DNA of 64,000 bases from Podarcis filfolensis (Eukaryota), in the NCBI GenBank assembly GCA_964270895.1, contig OZ185448.1; one strand, given 5' to 3'. Below, in pieces: positions 22,841 through 35,370 of the stretch. Each line of letters begins with the position of its first letter. Position 1 is the stretch's first letter. Made by a program: the position numbers and the translations under genes. The notes under the pieces were generated by a model. It was not told the DNA's origin, searched no databases, and saw only the letters and a program-made list of their open reading frames with translations.

Positions 22841-24872
22841 CCACTGTGAACAATCAATTTTAGACTTTAAAAACGTATATTGGCTGCCAAGGAACAACTA
22901 CCAGAAAAGATTAGTTATCAAGTTTCACCAGAATAGAACTCCAACTAAGGTTTTGCACATGCGAGATCATTTGGCAAAGTACCAAATATTATTGACAAGA
23001 GTTTTTAAAGACAGTATGTGCCCTCCATTGTGCAAACTAAGACGCAAGGAACAAGCATAAAGAACAATAATTACTTTGGTGCAATAAAGAGCTCAGCTAA
23101 GAACAGCAAATGCCAGAGGAGTGGAACTTCCCTCTCCATAGCAACAAGACCCGATTTAAATACCCCACAGAAAAAGGGGACTGTGACTCAGTTAAGGGAG
23201 TCAGTAGACTTACAAGATTCTCCCCAGACTCCAAAAAAGATCCAGAATAAACGGTCCCTAGAACAGAAAAAGGACCAACAAAACAAAGAGGCTGCAGATA
23301 ATGTAGAAGCTACAGGACTTAGGGAAATCGCCCCACTGACAGACACAAAGGCCCATAACGTATCATGCTGCTCATATGCTGACCCTAGAATCCCCGTACT
23401 GTCCATCAGTGGATGAACCATTAGGAAGATTCAACCTACTAATTCAAACCAGCCCAGATAAAGAGGAGGGGACTCAATTTACAAATGGAACACACTCAAC
23501 AGGAAGCGAAACATGTTCTGCTTCCAAGGCAAAGTTCACAAACCAAAATACCTACTTCCAGATTTGCAGCATTCTTAAGGTTCATTAAACCTAACAAGAA
23601 ACCGTGGCTCCATTTCATTTTTTGTTTGCAATAAACAAACCATAGTTAGGAAGGATTAAGATAAGCAAGCTATGGTTTATTAAACCAGTTTGCTAAACCA
23701 CAGATTAGCACTGTGTGTGAACCAGGCCAGTGTCTCCCTAAGTGCATAAATGTTAAAGAATGTCCGGTGTTGAAGAACATGGATGTTTGAATGTGTTGGG
23801 AAACTGGAAAATACTTTAACTTTATTTATAAATCTTGGTCCTGCTGTACAGTAAGCGCTGCTTCTGACTGCTGCTTCCACAAAGCCTTTTGCACAACCCC
23901 CCTAATCACCATCCAGAGCCCTTGGTAGCTAAGCCCCCAAAGTCCATCCAACAGAAACAACTGCACATTGCTTCCATTGTTTTACCCCTGCCTTCACCGC
24001 TTTCTCTGATATTTTACCATGCATGCTCCTTGGGGTTGGGACCTTTGCTGTCCAGGGAGCAGGTTCTATGGTTGTGAATCCTCATTAACATAGCAGCTGA
24101 TGCAGCAGAGCCCCATTTGAGCTAGGTGAGGTCAGGACCCTGGACAGAGCCCTGCCTAGAAGGGAACTGTTGCTTCAGCAAGTTGCAGAAGCCTTCCTGA
24201 GGTCTTATGGAAGATGGCTGGCCTGGGCTTTGTGTGACCCCCCTTACCCTCCAAGGAGCTAGCTGTTCTGCAGCTGTAGGTGGGTGATAAGGACCATCTC
24301 TAGGACTGATTCTTTTGAGATTCAGATTCTAGCAACGCTAAGGCTTCTGACCCAGAAGAACCTGTTGCAGGAATGGTGACACCTTGCCCAGGTTATCCTC
24401 TGAGCTTTGCAGTGGGTGGGTGGGCAAAATGGTTGAGGGTGATATTCTCTTCCATTTTTTACAATGCACTAGGCACACCCTGATGGCGCCGTATAAATAT
24501 AATTGCATACCCAAGATCACACCATCCTTTCGCCTTTCACATGTGCTCGTAAATCTGAGCATAAAAATACAGAGACGTTTCCCCACCTATTTGGTGTGTG
24601 CCTATAAGTGTGGACTAAACCAGGTTGGCGAATGAGAGTCCAGAATCAGCTGTTTGATTTGATATGGCATGCAAGGGTAGGATCCTTTATGTATTGCAGG
24701 GGAACAACAGAGGTTCCCAGGCAACAACTATACATATTCTTTATCCTCCTCCTTTCCTCCTTCCTTGCCTCCCCCGCTGCCCTTCCCCCTTTCTAGAAAT
24801 GGCTTTTGAGCAGCCTGGGGTCTCCTGCTGCCCACTTCTCTTACTAGAGTAAGAAGTGCTATTTAGGTGTGG

Positions 24873-24874
<2 letters not shown>

Positions 24875-24917
<43 letters not shown>
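24875..24917. repeat. (GT)n microsatellite
   Basis: Directly visible. Confidence 0.98.
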
Positions 24918-24918
<1 letters not shown>

Positions 24919-25404
24919 GCCTTATTCACCTTAGATGCTGGAGGTCAACGCAGTGAGCTGCTTTCATATGCTGGAATCTGCAGTCCAAAATCTCAATAGT
25001 GTTTGCAAAGGAAGCTAAAACAATCCTCACTTTGTTCTGTAACTCTGACAGTGATCCAAGATGATAATTCACCATGCACAACTTGGCAGGGGCAAGGACT
25101 TCTTTATTTTATTGATTTTATTTTAATTCCATTAGTGTATCCTAGCTTCACCTCCCATGCAGGTTTTAGAGTTGCTTGTCAGTTAAAAATCAAAACTGAG
25201 CAAAGGAGAAACAAAGCAAATTTATAATAGGTCAAATGAGACGAAAACAAGGCTTTTGCAGTGATCCTGTTCATTTTTAACTTTAATTCAGCATGAGCTG
25301 CATATATGATGTATAACACTGATGCCCACTCAACTGCTTCAGTCTGCAGAACCGGCCCTGGTACAGGTTCCACATAATACTCGTTGCACATTTGTAAGAA
25401 ATTG

Positions 25405-25742
25405 ATCTTCTAGTGTGGCAGCACCTACACTTTGGAACTCCCTGCCTATTGACACCAGGCTGTACACTTTCACTGTACACTTTTTTTGCACTTGCTAAAA
25501 ACATTTTTGTTCAGGCAAGCCTATACAGATAAGCAGAAATTTGACGTGTTTTTTTAATCTGGTTTTTAGTGTACTGTTGATTTTTATTATTATTATTTTT
25601 TTTGAATGTTTTAAACAGCTGTTTTTAACTGTCTTTACTGATAATTTCATTGTTACATTCATTTTGTAAACCGCTTTGAGGCTGGTTTTTGTTTTGTTTT
25701 TACAATCAAGCAGTATATAAATTTTATGAACTAACTAAATAA
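25405..25742 (+). mobile_element. L2 3' fragment (3' tail repeated at ~26490-26640)
   Basis: gtggcagcacctacactttggaactccctgcc (APTLWNSLP), with tail gtaaaccgctttgag...caatcaagcagtatataaatttt. Confidence 0.65.
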
Positions 25743-27520
25743 GTGTTCCCTAAAGGTTGGAACTTGCTGCATGGTTCAGCTGCTTTCAAGGAAGCTTGGA
25801 AGCTGCCGTATGTCCATTCAGACTGGCCCGGCCGGCCCAGTATTGGTTGCTGCTCTCCAGGGCCAGGGACTCAGAAAGGTCCTTCCCACCATGGACAGGC
25901 AACTGTCGTGCTCAATCAGCCAGGGCTGAGTGTTTTCCCCACATAACTGGAATCCTTCCAGCCAGGGAGGACGAGGCGTCATGTAGTTCTGTGGGAATGC
26001 GGAGGAAGTGCTGTGAGGCTTTGAGTGCTCAGGCCAGCTCTCAAAGGAGCTTGATGACTGCAGAGTGAGACTGCGGCATTGAATCACCTCTTGGGTTAAT
26101 TTTTAAAAAGGGCTTCTGAAGGCCAAATCCATTTCCATATAATTCTTAGCACGTGCAGAATACCTAGATGCAATGACAGTAAACTATGCAATATTGATAG
26201 TTCCTGGACAGGATATTGGCCCAATTCCATTTTCCAGACAAATGCCATAATCATGAGGATTGCATAGATCAGTATGTAGTTGTGAGTCTGGGGTGTGGCA
26301 ACTTTCCTCACAACAGAAAAAAACACCCCTGCCGATGGATGATAGAAATTATGGGTTGTAGCCAGCTAAGTTCTACTTAGGGAAGACCCACTGAAATCAA
26401 TGTACTTAAGCTAGTCATGCCCATACATTTCAATGGGTTTGCTCCAAGCAGGACTAACATTGGCTACAAACCCAGTGACACAGGTGTTTTAAGCTGGTTT
26501 TTGTTTATTGTTGGTTTTAATTGCTAATGTTTAAAACAGTTGTTTTTAACAATGGTTTCATTGGTTTATTCCTTTTGTAAACTGCTTTAAGGCTTTTCAC
26601 AATCAAGCAGTGCATAAACTTTATGAAATAAATAAACACCCACCTGCCAAAATATGAACTCTGAATGCTCTTAAAAATGCTCCTGTAAAGTATCTCTAGG
26701 CTAATAACGTGCTCTTTGCTTTCAGAGCTTTCTGGTGGTGGTGATAAAACTTGTTACCAAGGTGCTCAGCCTTGCTGGCATTCTGAGTAACTCCCTTTAA
26801 ATGCCTTGACATTTTTGATTCAGTTGATTCAGTTTTGTCTGTGAAAGGCTGACAAAGCAGAAGGATACGAAAGTATTTGCTGTATTATATTGGTTAATGA
26901 TGGGGTACGCTAATGATGTAGGCATACAAGCTTAAGAACCCTGGGCATGCAAATTATCTTTCTTATTATCTAACTCCTAACTTAATCAAAGGATCCAGTC
27001 CTCTTGGAGCCCAGGGGCAACAAAACACCGCCTGTAAAGCATTGGCTCTGACCGTCAATCTGTTGGTAACTATTAGCATTTCTTAAGGACAGGAACCTTC
27101 CACCGGAGATATACACAAGAAATTGGCCACTCTCTGCTCCTTGCACACCTGTGGCAACTCTTAGGAGCCCATCAAAGCCCTGCTCTCCTTTGCTATGCTG
27201 GGGGAGAGATGACTTTAACTGCAATTGACCTATAATACAGTTCCCCAGCTAGATCTGGGGCACACTTCCCCCAGGTCTATTTTGCAGGTCCAGGAGGAGG
27301 ATTACATGGTGGGACAAGGGCTGCCCCAACCCCCTTTGCTTTAGTCCTCCTGCCCACCCTTCCTTCCAGGCTCCCTGGCATTTCTTTCTCTTCTCCATTT
27401 TTCTCATGGCAAGCTCAGTTCACTTAGACACCTTTGCAACTGCGCCGTTGCCTGCATTCCCTCCCTTCAAAGAAGCTTCACAACCTTACAGGCTTTCAGG
27501 GACTTCCAGAGTCCACATAG

Positions 27521-28002
27521 TAATAATAATAATAATAAAAAATTTTATTTATATCCCGCCCTCCCCAGCCGAAGCCGGGCTCAGGGCGGCTAACAACAAT
27601 CAAATAATCAAACAATCAAATAAACCAACATTCTAAAAATATTTCATTATAAAAATTAATTAAAATCAAGTTGAAGGCGACCATTAAGCAAAACTCTGTG
27701 CAGGTTGCCAGAGGAGGGAGTCAGGCTGCGCCCTGACCAAAGGCCTGGTGGAACAGCTCTGTCTTGCAGGCCCTGCGGAAAGATGTCAATTCCCGCAGGG
27801 CCCCGGTCTCTTGTGACAGAGCGTTCCGCCAGATTGGAGCTGCTGCCGAGAAGGCCCTGGCTCTAGTTGAGGCCAGCCTAACCTCTCTGAGGCCTGGGAC
27901 CTTCAGGATGTTTTTATTTGCAGACTGTAGGTTTCTTTGTGGGGCGTACCAGGAGAGGCGGTCCCGTAGGTACGAGGGTCCTAAGCCGTATAGGGCTTTA
28001 AA
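27521..28002 (-). mobile_element. L2 3' fragment (different subfamily)
   Basis: Minus ORF FKALYGLGPSYLRDRLSWY...STRARAFSAAAPIW; (TAA)n tail. Confidence 0.85.
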
Positions 28003-28959
28003 GCCCACCTCTCCCATCGCAACCAGGCCTGGGAACTCTTGTCAGCCTGGTGCCAAGAAGGGTCTCTGGATTGGGCCCCTGCTTTTTTCTATCAGGCCTG
28101 GGAGGGGGAATACTGTTGCTTTCCCTTCCCCTTTAGCCTTCTTGTTTAGCCATGCTGGGGGGCACGTATATAATTATTCCCCCTCTGTCTACCAATTAGG
28201 CTCTGCTTGTTTGTCTGCTGCCTCCTTTGTGTGCTGTGTTTTCTGTGTATTTGGTAGGTGACGCTTTCCAGGGGCGGTTTTAGGGTAGCTTGACCAGTTC
28301 AGCTGCACTGAGCACCGTGCTGCAGGGGTCGCCACAGCAATGCTGTAGAACGGAGCTCAAGTGCCAAGGGGGCGCTGAATTTTAGCATCTCAGGGCGCCA
28401 CCGAAATTTGAGAGCTCACAGTCTGCCACTACTCTTTCCACCTCAGACTGCCCCAACTGTACTTCTGCTGCTGGTTCATTTTGAAAACTGTCTTATATTA
28501 ATGAATTCTTTTTCATTCTGCAACAATCTGCATAATAAACAATATTTCTACATCAAAATAAAAATGCACATTCTTTGATATTACTCTCTGGTCTGGCGTC
28601 TGAGGACTAATTCCTCCATGGAGGGTGGTCAGAGTGATACATCCCCCCTCCCCGCTCCAACATATGTTGTTGGACTCCAACACCCATCAGCCCCATCCAG
28701 TAATCAGGGATGATGAGAGATGTAGTTCAACCCCATCTGGAGGGCTACCCCTGTCATGCCCAGTGTAATATCCTCATAGAACAGCGTGGCTTCAAGCTAA
28801 AGATTTCATTACACGTGTGTTCCAATACACAGGCATACATGTGTGCTTATATGTAATGTGCAGTCAAAGACACATGGCAACAAGCTGCCGCTAACTTGCT
28901 ATATAAAGAGAATTTGCTTGGGTATTTGATTAAAGCAGATTCAGTTTTGTTTGGGGCTG

Positions 28960-29222
28960 GGAGTTAGTTTTTGTATTGCCCTTGCCCTACCCTACAAGGT
29001 TGTTGTGAGGATTATATACAATGCTAACTAAGTGCCTGGCATTGTTATTGTTTCCAATATTTATAGATGGTTTTTCACCATAAAATAGTTTATAAATCAA
29101 TAATAAAATGGCACATGGTTTAAATCAATAAAAAGCCACAGGTAAGAATGTGAAATTGGCTTGATACAACTTACTTAAAATGCCTCCTGGAATACAGGTA
29201 TTGTATATACAAATGATAAATA
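28960..29222 (+). repeat. Unclassified ~260-bp dispersed repeat, copy 1 (copy 2 at 60573-60835)
   Basis: Colinear blocks shared by both copies: caaggttgttgt..ggattatataca, ctaagtgcctggc.ttgttattgtttcc, ccacaggtaagaa, caacttacttaaaatgcct. Confidence 0.8.
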
Positions 29223-29695
29223 CAGTGGTACCTTGGTTCTCAAACTTAATCTGTTCAGGAAGTCCGTTCCAAAACCAAAGCATTCCAAAGCAAGGCGCGC
29301 TTTCTCATAGAAAGTAATGCAAAATGGATTAATCTGTTCCAGACTTTTAAAAACAACCCCTAAAACAGCAATTTAACATGATTTTTACTGTCTAACGAGA
29401 CCATTGATCCATAAAATGAAAGCAATAAACAATGTACTGCAGTCACGCACACACGCAATCAATCAATAGCTGAACTGGGTTCTACACAGTCACAAAAACT
29501 AAACAAAAAAACGACAAAAATGCAAAATACAGACAGACCTCAGCCTAACACTCAAATCGGAAGCGTAACACTCAAAAGGGAGCACATTCAGCTTCCCAAA
29601 AAGGTTCACAAACTGGAACACTCACTTCTGGTTTTGCAGTGTTTGGGTTCCAAGTTGTTTGAGTACCAAGGCGTTTGAGAACCAAGGTACCACTA
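29223..29695. mobile_element. Tc1/mariner (Tigger-like) non-autonomous element, 473 bp
   Basis: TA|CAGTGGTACCTTGGTTCTCAAAC ... GTTTGAGAACCAAGGTACCACTA|TA. Confidence 0.88.
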
Positions 29696-29739
29696 TACTA
29701 CGTATGTAGCAACAGTGGCCGCACCCCAGGAGTGGCTTC

Positions 29740-30225
29740 AACTGGCCGGTCTCAAACCTTCAGTGAGTTAATGACTTTCCCTGCATGCGAAGACCAGCTG
29801 TGGCAGATTGAGTGGACAGGACCAATAGTGAGTCCAACAGTTAAGCAGGCAGTTTCTGCATGTGCTGTAGATGGAAGTAAGGGCAGCTGAGGCTCATCTA
29901 CTTGGGGAGCCCATCTAGGAGAAGGAAAACTATTATCCTAAACCTCTGCTGCCTTGCGGGATATCTTCAGGAGGAGAAAAGACCAAGGAGTAAACAAATC
30001 TGGAGTGGAGTTCCTAAGACGGTTGGATGTCGCCTTGTACGCTTCCTTCCAGCAACTCCTGCAGCCAAGCTGGTGCCAAACATATTGCTCTGCTTTCCTT
30101 TGGACCCCATCAGCAAAGCCGAGAGGCAGCCCCAGACCTCAGTGGACACTACTAGACTTGTCCCATGAGAGGTCACTTTGGTGCTGCTCATGCAGCGGTT
30201 TGGCTTCACCTCCAGAGGCACTGTC
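29740..30225 (+). mobile_element. Possible 5' region of an RTE-type LINE
   Basis: ctaggagaaggaaaact...cctaaacctctgctgcc motif recalled from RTE 5' regions; not verified. Confidence 0.3.
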
Positions 30226-30543
30226 TTGAGACAGATGGATGCAGACAATGAAGTTGGCTTCCTTTTGAGGAGTTATCCGGAATGTGTATCTACCATTTGG
30301 ACTCTTTTAGAAGTTTACATAATTGTATATCCATTGTTGGTATATACTTCAAATTATAGACAAGACATTTGCCATTTCATTTCATGTTCTTGAAAGCAGG
30401 TACCCTCTAGATGTTGCTGGACTAGAGCTCCAGACACCCTCTCCAATTGCTGGCCATGCTGGTTGGGACTGATGGGAGTTGGAGGCAAGCTACACCTGGG
30501 GCACCTGGTGGGGGAAGGCTATGTTACTGAAATACTGACTTCT

Positions 30544-30545
<2 letters not shown>

Positions 30546-30580
<35 letters not shown>

Positions 30581-30613
30581 TGTGTCTGTGTCTGTGTCTG
30601 TGTGTCTGTGTGT
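30546..30613. repeat. (GT)n/(CTGTGT)n microsatellite
   Basis: Directly visible. Confidence 0.97.
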
Positions 30614-30819
30614 TGGTTGGAATGCCTAGCTCTTGCAATTGCAAGAAGAGGTAGAAAGAAAGGTGCCCACCTGACGCCCTCCAGATGTTTTGGACTACAA
30701 CTCCCATCAGCCCCTGCTAGCACAGCTGATGGGAATTGTAGTCCAAAGGGGATCAGGTTGGCAGAGACTGAGTGATAGTAACGTGCATATTGTAAGTCTT
30801 TTTTTCTTTCTCCGCTTAG

Positions 30820-30962
30820 TAAACTGGTTAGATCACAGTCGAACGTTTCGGGAGCAAGGAGTGGACGAGAACGAGACGCTGCTGCTGAGACGCAAATTCT
30901 TCTACTCGGACCAGAATGTGGACTCGAGAGACCCTGTTCAATTAAATCTGCTTTATGTTCAG
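30820..30962 (+). CDS. TLN2: TLN2 coding exon 5 (F1/F2)
   Basis: tccgcttag|TAAAC...TTCAG|gtatgc; LNWLDHSRTFREQGVDENETLLLRRKFFYSDQNVDSRDPVQLNLLYVQ; 143 nt. Confidence 0.97.
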
Positions 30963-31736
30963 GTATGCTAGAGCTGGAATCAAGAAATCCCTCTCCAGCT
31001 CTGCAACAAGCCAAGCCCTACTCTCCTTGCCAGCTATCCCATCAGAACAGATAGAAGCCTTTGAGTTACAGTTCAGACATACACGTTTATCACTTGTTCA
31101 CAGCAACATCCAGGGGTGACTTACAAGTGTGAATACCAAGGGGCTGGATTTTCTAATAGGCCAGGAAAGGAATGTTCTTTGTTTCTGTAGAACAGGCCAA
31201 ATGGAAGGTGTGCTACATTATATCTTTTTCTCCTTTATGTAATCCATGAAGGGTTATGTTCATTCTTCCATTTCAGAGCTTCCTAGGAGGCAAATCAGAC
31301 AATTTTAAGATAAGTTGACTGTTGGCTTGTATAGATAAGTTCTTCGGCTAATAAGGTACCTTTATTTCCACTAGCTGCAAAATAAGATAAGGGGGCCTTT
31401 TTGAATCATTTTAATGCTAAATGTTAGGGGGAAGTGTTAAACTAAAGGAATTTTCTAAATCCTGTCTATTTGTATTCTGAGGGTTTATCCCTACCATATT
31501 GGACCAAATTTTTTGGCCTCTGTGTTTTGCACATAGGCGCTTTATGTTTATATTATAATGTCTGTTGGCTATAGACAATTAGACTTGACGACTGCATGGA
31601 TGTGTGAACATGCTGTCCCAAATCAAGTACAGATAGCATTTCCTCATGCGCGCACACACACATACCCTGCATATCCTCTCGCATCCCCTGAACCACAAAG
31701 CTATTGTTTTTGTTGTTGTTTCCTCTTTATATTTTA

Positions 31737-31978
31737 CAGTGGTACCTCGGGTTACATACGCTTCAGGTTACAGACGCTTCAGGTTACAAACTCCGCTAAC
31801 CCAGAAATAGTGCTTCAGGTTAAGAACTTTGCTTCAGGATGAGAACAGAAATCGTGCTCCGGCGGCGTGGTGGCAGCAGGAGACCCCATTAGCTAAAGTG
31901 GTGCTTCAGGTTAAGAACAGTTTCATGTTAAGAACGGACCTCCAGAACGAATTAAGTACTTAACCTGAGGTACCACTG
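31737..31978. mobile_element. Tc1/mariner MITE family A
   Basis: TA|CAGTGGTACCTCGGGTTA...TAACCTGAGGTACCACTG|TA. Confidence 0.9.
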
Positions 31979-32976
31979 TATTAAGATGTTACAGTGGGGT
32001 ACGCAAAGAGAAGAGTGAAAACTCACTGGGGAACGCGAGTGCGTCAAGCTAGAGTCCATATTTAATAGTACTGCATAGTACTATTTTCCCACGCTTTGGA
32101 GCCCCTGGGAAGCTCAACAAACCTGCTGCCCCTGGAACTGGGAGTGGAGAGTGAATGGGACACAGCTGTGGGCAGCCCGAGGAAGTGCCATTCACCTTGG
32201 GCCTGTCCATAAAAAGCAAGTCTAACGTGGGAGACTAGGGTGATGTCCGCTGTTTCCAGGAACTCTTCTCATTGTGAGATTTTTGTGAGTGAGATTAGAG
32301 TTTGTTTGGACCCTGGCTGAGAACCCAGAGGCTGAGAGGGAGCGTGTGCCTGAAGATGATAGAAATGATGGATAGATAGATAGATAGATAGATAGATATA
32401 GAATTTAGTATTAATGCAACATTTTTACATTTTTTGTAATATTTTATTTAAATTGTCTCTTGTAGCTTCAGTTTTTTGTACTCCACTTAGATATATTTTC
32501 AATATATTAAATGGTATAGAAATTAAATAATTAATCAAATAATCAAAAATATTCCAGATAACACCTAATGCTCTTCACCTCCGTGTCAGTATTTACAAAG
32601 CTGTGTACATCTTCTGTTTCCCCAGAAACTACTAAAAAGCTGTTTTTTAAACTTGCTACCTGTCTTTCAGTGGTGCATTCAGATGTGAGCCATCAAGTGA
32701 CATCATCAGATGATGCAATACCAAGCCACAGTGCTTTTCCACAGCCCCTGTTTATTTCAGTGGGGTTTATGTAGCAGAACTTACCAGTAATCAAGAACCA
32801 TTAGAAGGCGCCTTATTCCAGGACAGACTGTTTGTCCACTGAGGTCAATATCTAGCTCCACCACATTTGCTATGACTGGCGGATCTTTGGCATCCAGGTG
32901 TCAGAGGCCAGGAGTCTGCATCCTCTTCAGGTGAAGTAAATGCATAACACGGTCTCTTTCTTCACTTGGTTTCCAG

Positions 32977-33104
32977 GCTCGTGATGATATTCTGAATGGT
33001 TCCCATCCAGTGTCGTTTGAGAAAGCGTGTGAATTTGGAGGTTTCCAAGCGCAGATCCAGTTTGGGCCTCATGTTGAGCACAAGCACAAACCTGGATTTT
33101 TAGA
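32977..33104 (+). CDS. TLN2: TLN2 coding exon 6 (F2)
   Basis: tttccag|GCT...TTAGA|gtaagt; ARDDILNGSHPVSFEKACEFGGFQAQIQFGPHVEHKHKPGFL; 128 nt. Confidence 0.97.
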
Positions 33105-35056
33105 GTAAGTTGCTCTAACGATCTTTACACATGGGGTTAAACTGTTGTGTGCTGCTTTGATAACTCTTCCAGCCCAGTGGCTTTCAGGCTGTGTTCTGAG
33201 AAGATGGGGTAAGATCCCACAAAAACAGATCTGGGCTTTCTTGTTGAGAAAGCAGATAATGGTGTTGCAAAGCTCTCCATGAGAATTTCAGCAAAGGCCA
33301 GCAGTTGCCGCTGCTCCTTCACAGTGTGCCCTCTCAGTCTAGACCTATGCACCCAGTAAAGTGAGGTGGTAGAGACCTGTGGTAGTGGAGAGGACCATAT
33401 CAGTTTAGACTGGAGGCAGGGAATCATCCTTTGGAAGACCTTCTTATGTACACCCGGGAACCCAAGATTGAAGAACACTGATTTAGGTACCTGGTTCCCT
33501 CCAGCTGCTTTGGATTACAGCTCCCATCAGCCCCAGCCAGAATAAACCTAAGATGCTGTGCTTGATAGGAATATAGCCATGCTTACTAAGGATTATGGGA
33601 GTTGTAGTCCAACAACATCCGGAGGGCAGAAGATTGGTGAAGGCTGCTCTAAGCAGAACACTAGCGTGGCAAGGAGAGAGGAATAGACTAGAACCTGGAT
33701 CCTTCATGTGCTAATTTCTCTTCTTGCTGGGAATTCCTTGCTTTAGTTTTACTGTTATTTCACCCGTCAAGCTTCTGTGCAGTTGTGTGCAGTTTCTGTA
33801 GAAAATATTTCAGTGGAATGGCTGAAAATCTTCCTTCCCACCAAGGGGAACACTGTGGCTCTCAATCCAGCATCTCCAGCAAGAATAATATTCACAGCAA
33901 TCTCTGCCAGTGGTGGTATTGGCTGTTGTTTCCTTTAAGAAATGACAGACAGCACAGAAGGAAAAACCAAAGGGTCTCTTCTGATGAAGCAGGGAGCCTT
34001 CATGAGCCATGAGTGGAGATTTGTCCAGAACAACTTGCCTCTGCCTTTTTCCCCAATGCAACTATTCAAAGGCTAAAGCAGTGTTTTTGCAGGATTTGTG
34101 GGTTGGGTTGTTTTTGTTTTTCTGAAGAAGAAAACCCAAGGTACCAGCAAGTACCCTTTCTTTCTGTAGCTGGCGAATGCTCCTTTGTACACCCAGAGTC
34201 TTCCCTAACATGCAAATATGAGTACTTCAACAAACAATATGCAGGGTAGTGATATAATAACAAAATGCATGTGTGTGACCTTGCAAATATGAGGCCTGCC
34301 TTAACTCGTAGTGGAGCTCCCGGTACCTAGCAGTGGTCGTGGGCTGTTGCTGCTCTGTGTCACCTTTTTGATTTTGATTGTTGCGCTTGAACAGCAGAAG
34401 AATTCATATGGCTGCTACAGATGTTAAAACACTCTCTCAACACAGGAAGGAACAAAAGATGATGGCATAGATTGTCCTTGAATTTAAATACATTTAAATA
34501 ATGTAATTGCATAATAATTGAATTTTTGTATCTCTCTGAAGAGAAGTGGTTCCCTTCAGTGGCATAAGCATTCTGCTCAGAGTTCAAATTAAAAAGAGCT
34601 GATGGATGATTTCTTGGGGGCGGGGGTGTTCTCTCTGCCATTTCCCCACTCTGTACAAATGATTTCCTTTTAATTGGATGGAGTCTTTTCTGAAGGCCGA
34701 TGTTATACTTAAGCATCATTTCCAAAGGAACAGAAGGCATTGTGCTTTTCTGCTGAGCCATTTTACCTTAATGAAGGGGTCTCCCTGGGTTTTTCATACA
34801 TCCCTTATGGGTATGAACAGTAAGTAACGAAGCCTTGAGTTAAGGCAAAGCAACAAGGGACAGTGTCAAGAAGGGTCCCTTTCACAGCTTTCTTACCAGT
34901 CATTTGTGGGCAGTGAACATCTACAGCAAGGGCTGCTTCATACACACCCTTGGTTTGCCAACCAAGCGTACACACAACATAGACCAATTGCAGCTCCCTG
35001 ATTGTTGTATCTGTGAGATACATACATTTGCTTTCCAAGATCCATTTGTTGCTCTC

Positions 35057-35370
35057 ATAAGAGCCTGAGAAGGGCCTAACTGTAGAATTTGAGCAAAGGC
35101 CTAACTAGTCCAGCATCCTGTTCTCATAGTGGCCAGCCAAATGGCAAGCAGCCCCCAAGCTCGTTTGTGATTTCCAGAGACTGGTATTCAGAGGTAGAAC
35201 ATAGCCGTCGTGGCTAGTAGCCATTAAAAGCTTTGTCCTTCTTCATGAATTTGTCTAACCCCATTTTGAAGACATCCAAGATGGTGGCCATCACTAAATC
35301 TTTTGGGACTGAATTCCATAGTCTGGCTTTTGTCTGTCAAGAATTTCCCGGCATTCAGCTTCTCTAGATG
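35057..35370 (-). mobile_element. CR1 3' fragment
   Basis: Reverse complement of the CR1 end (gatggccaccatcttggatg...gacaaattcatgaagaagg...ggctactagcc...gagaacaggatgctggactag). Similar short CR1 tails lie at ~43820(-), 46600(-), 56540(+), 57160(-) and 59420(+). Confidence 0.7.
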
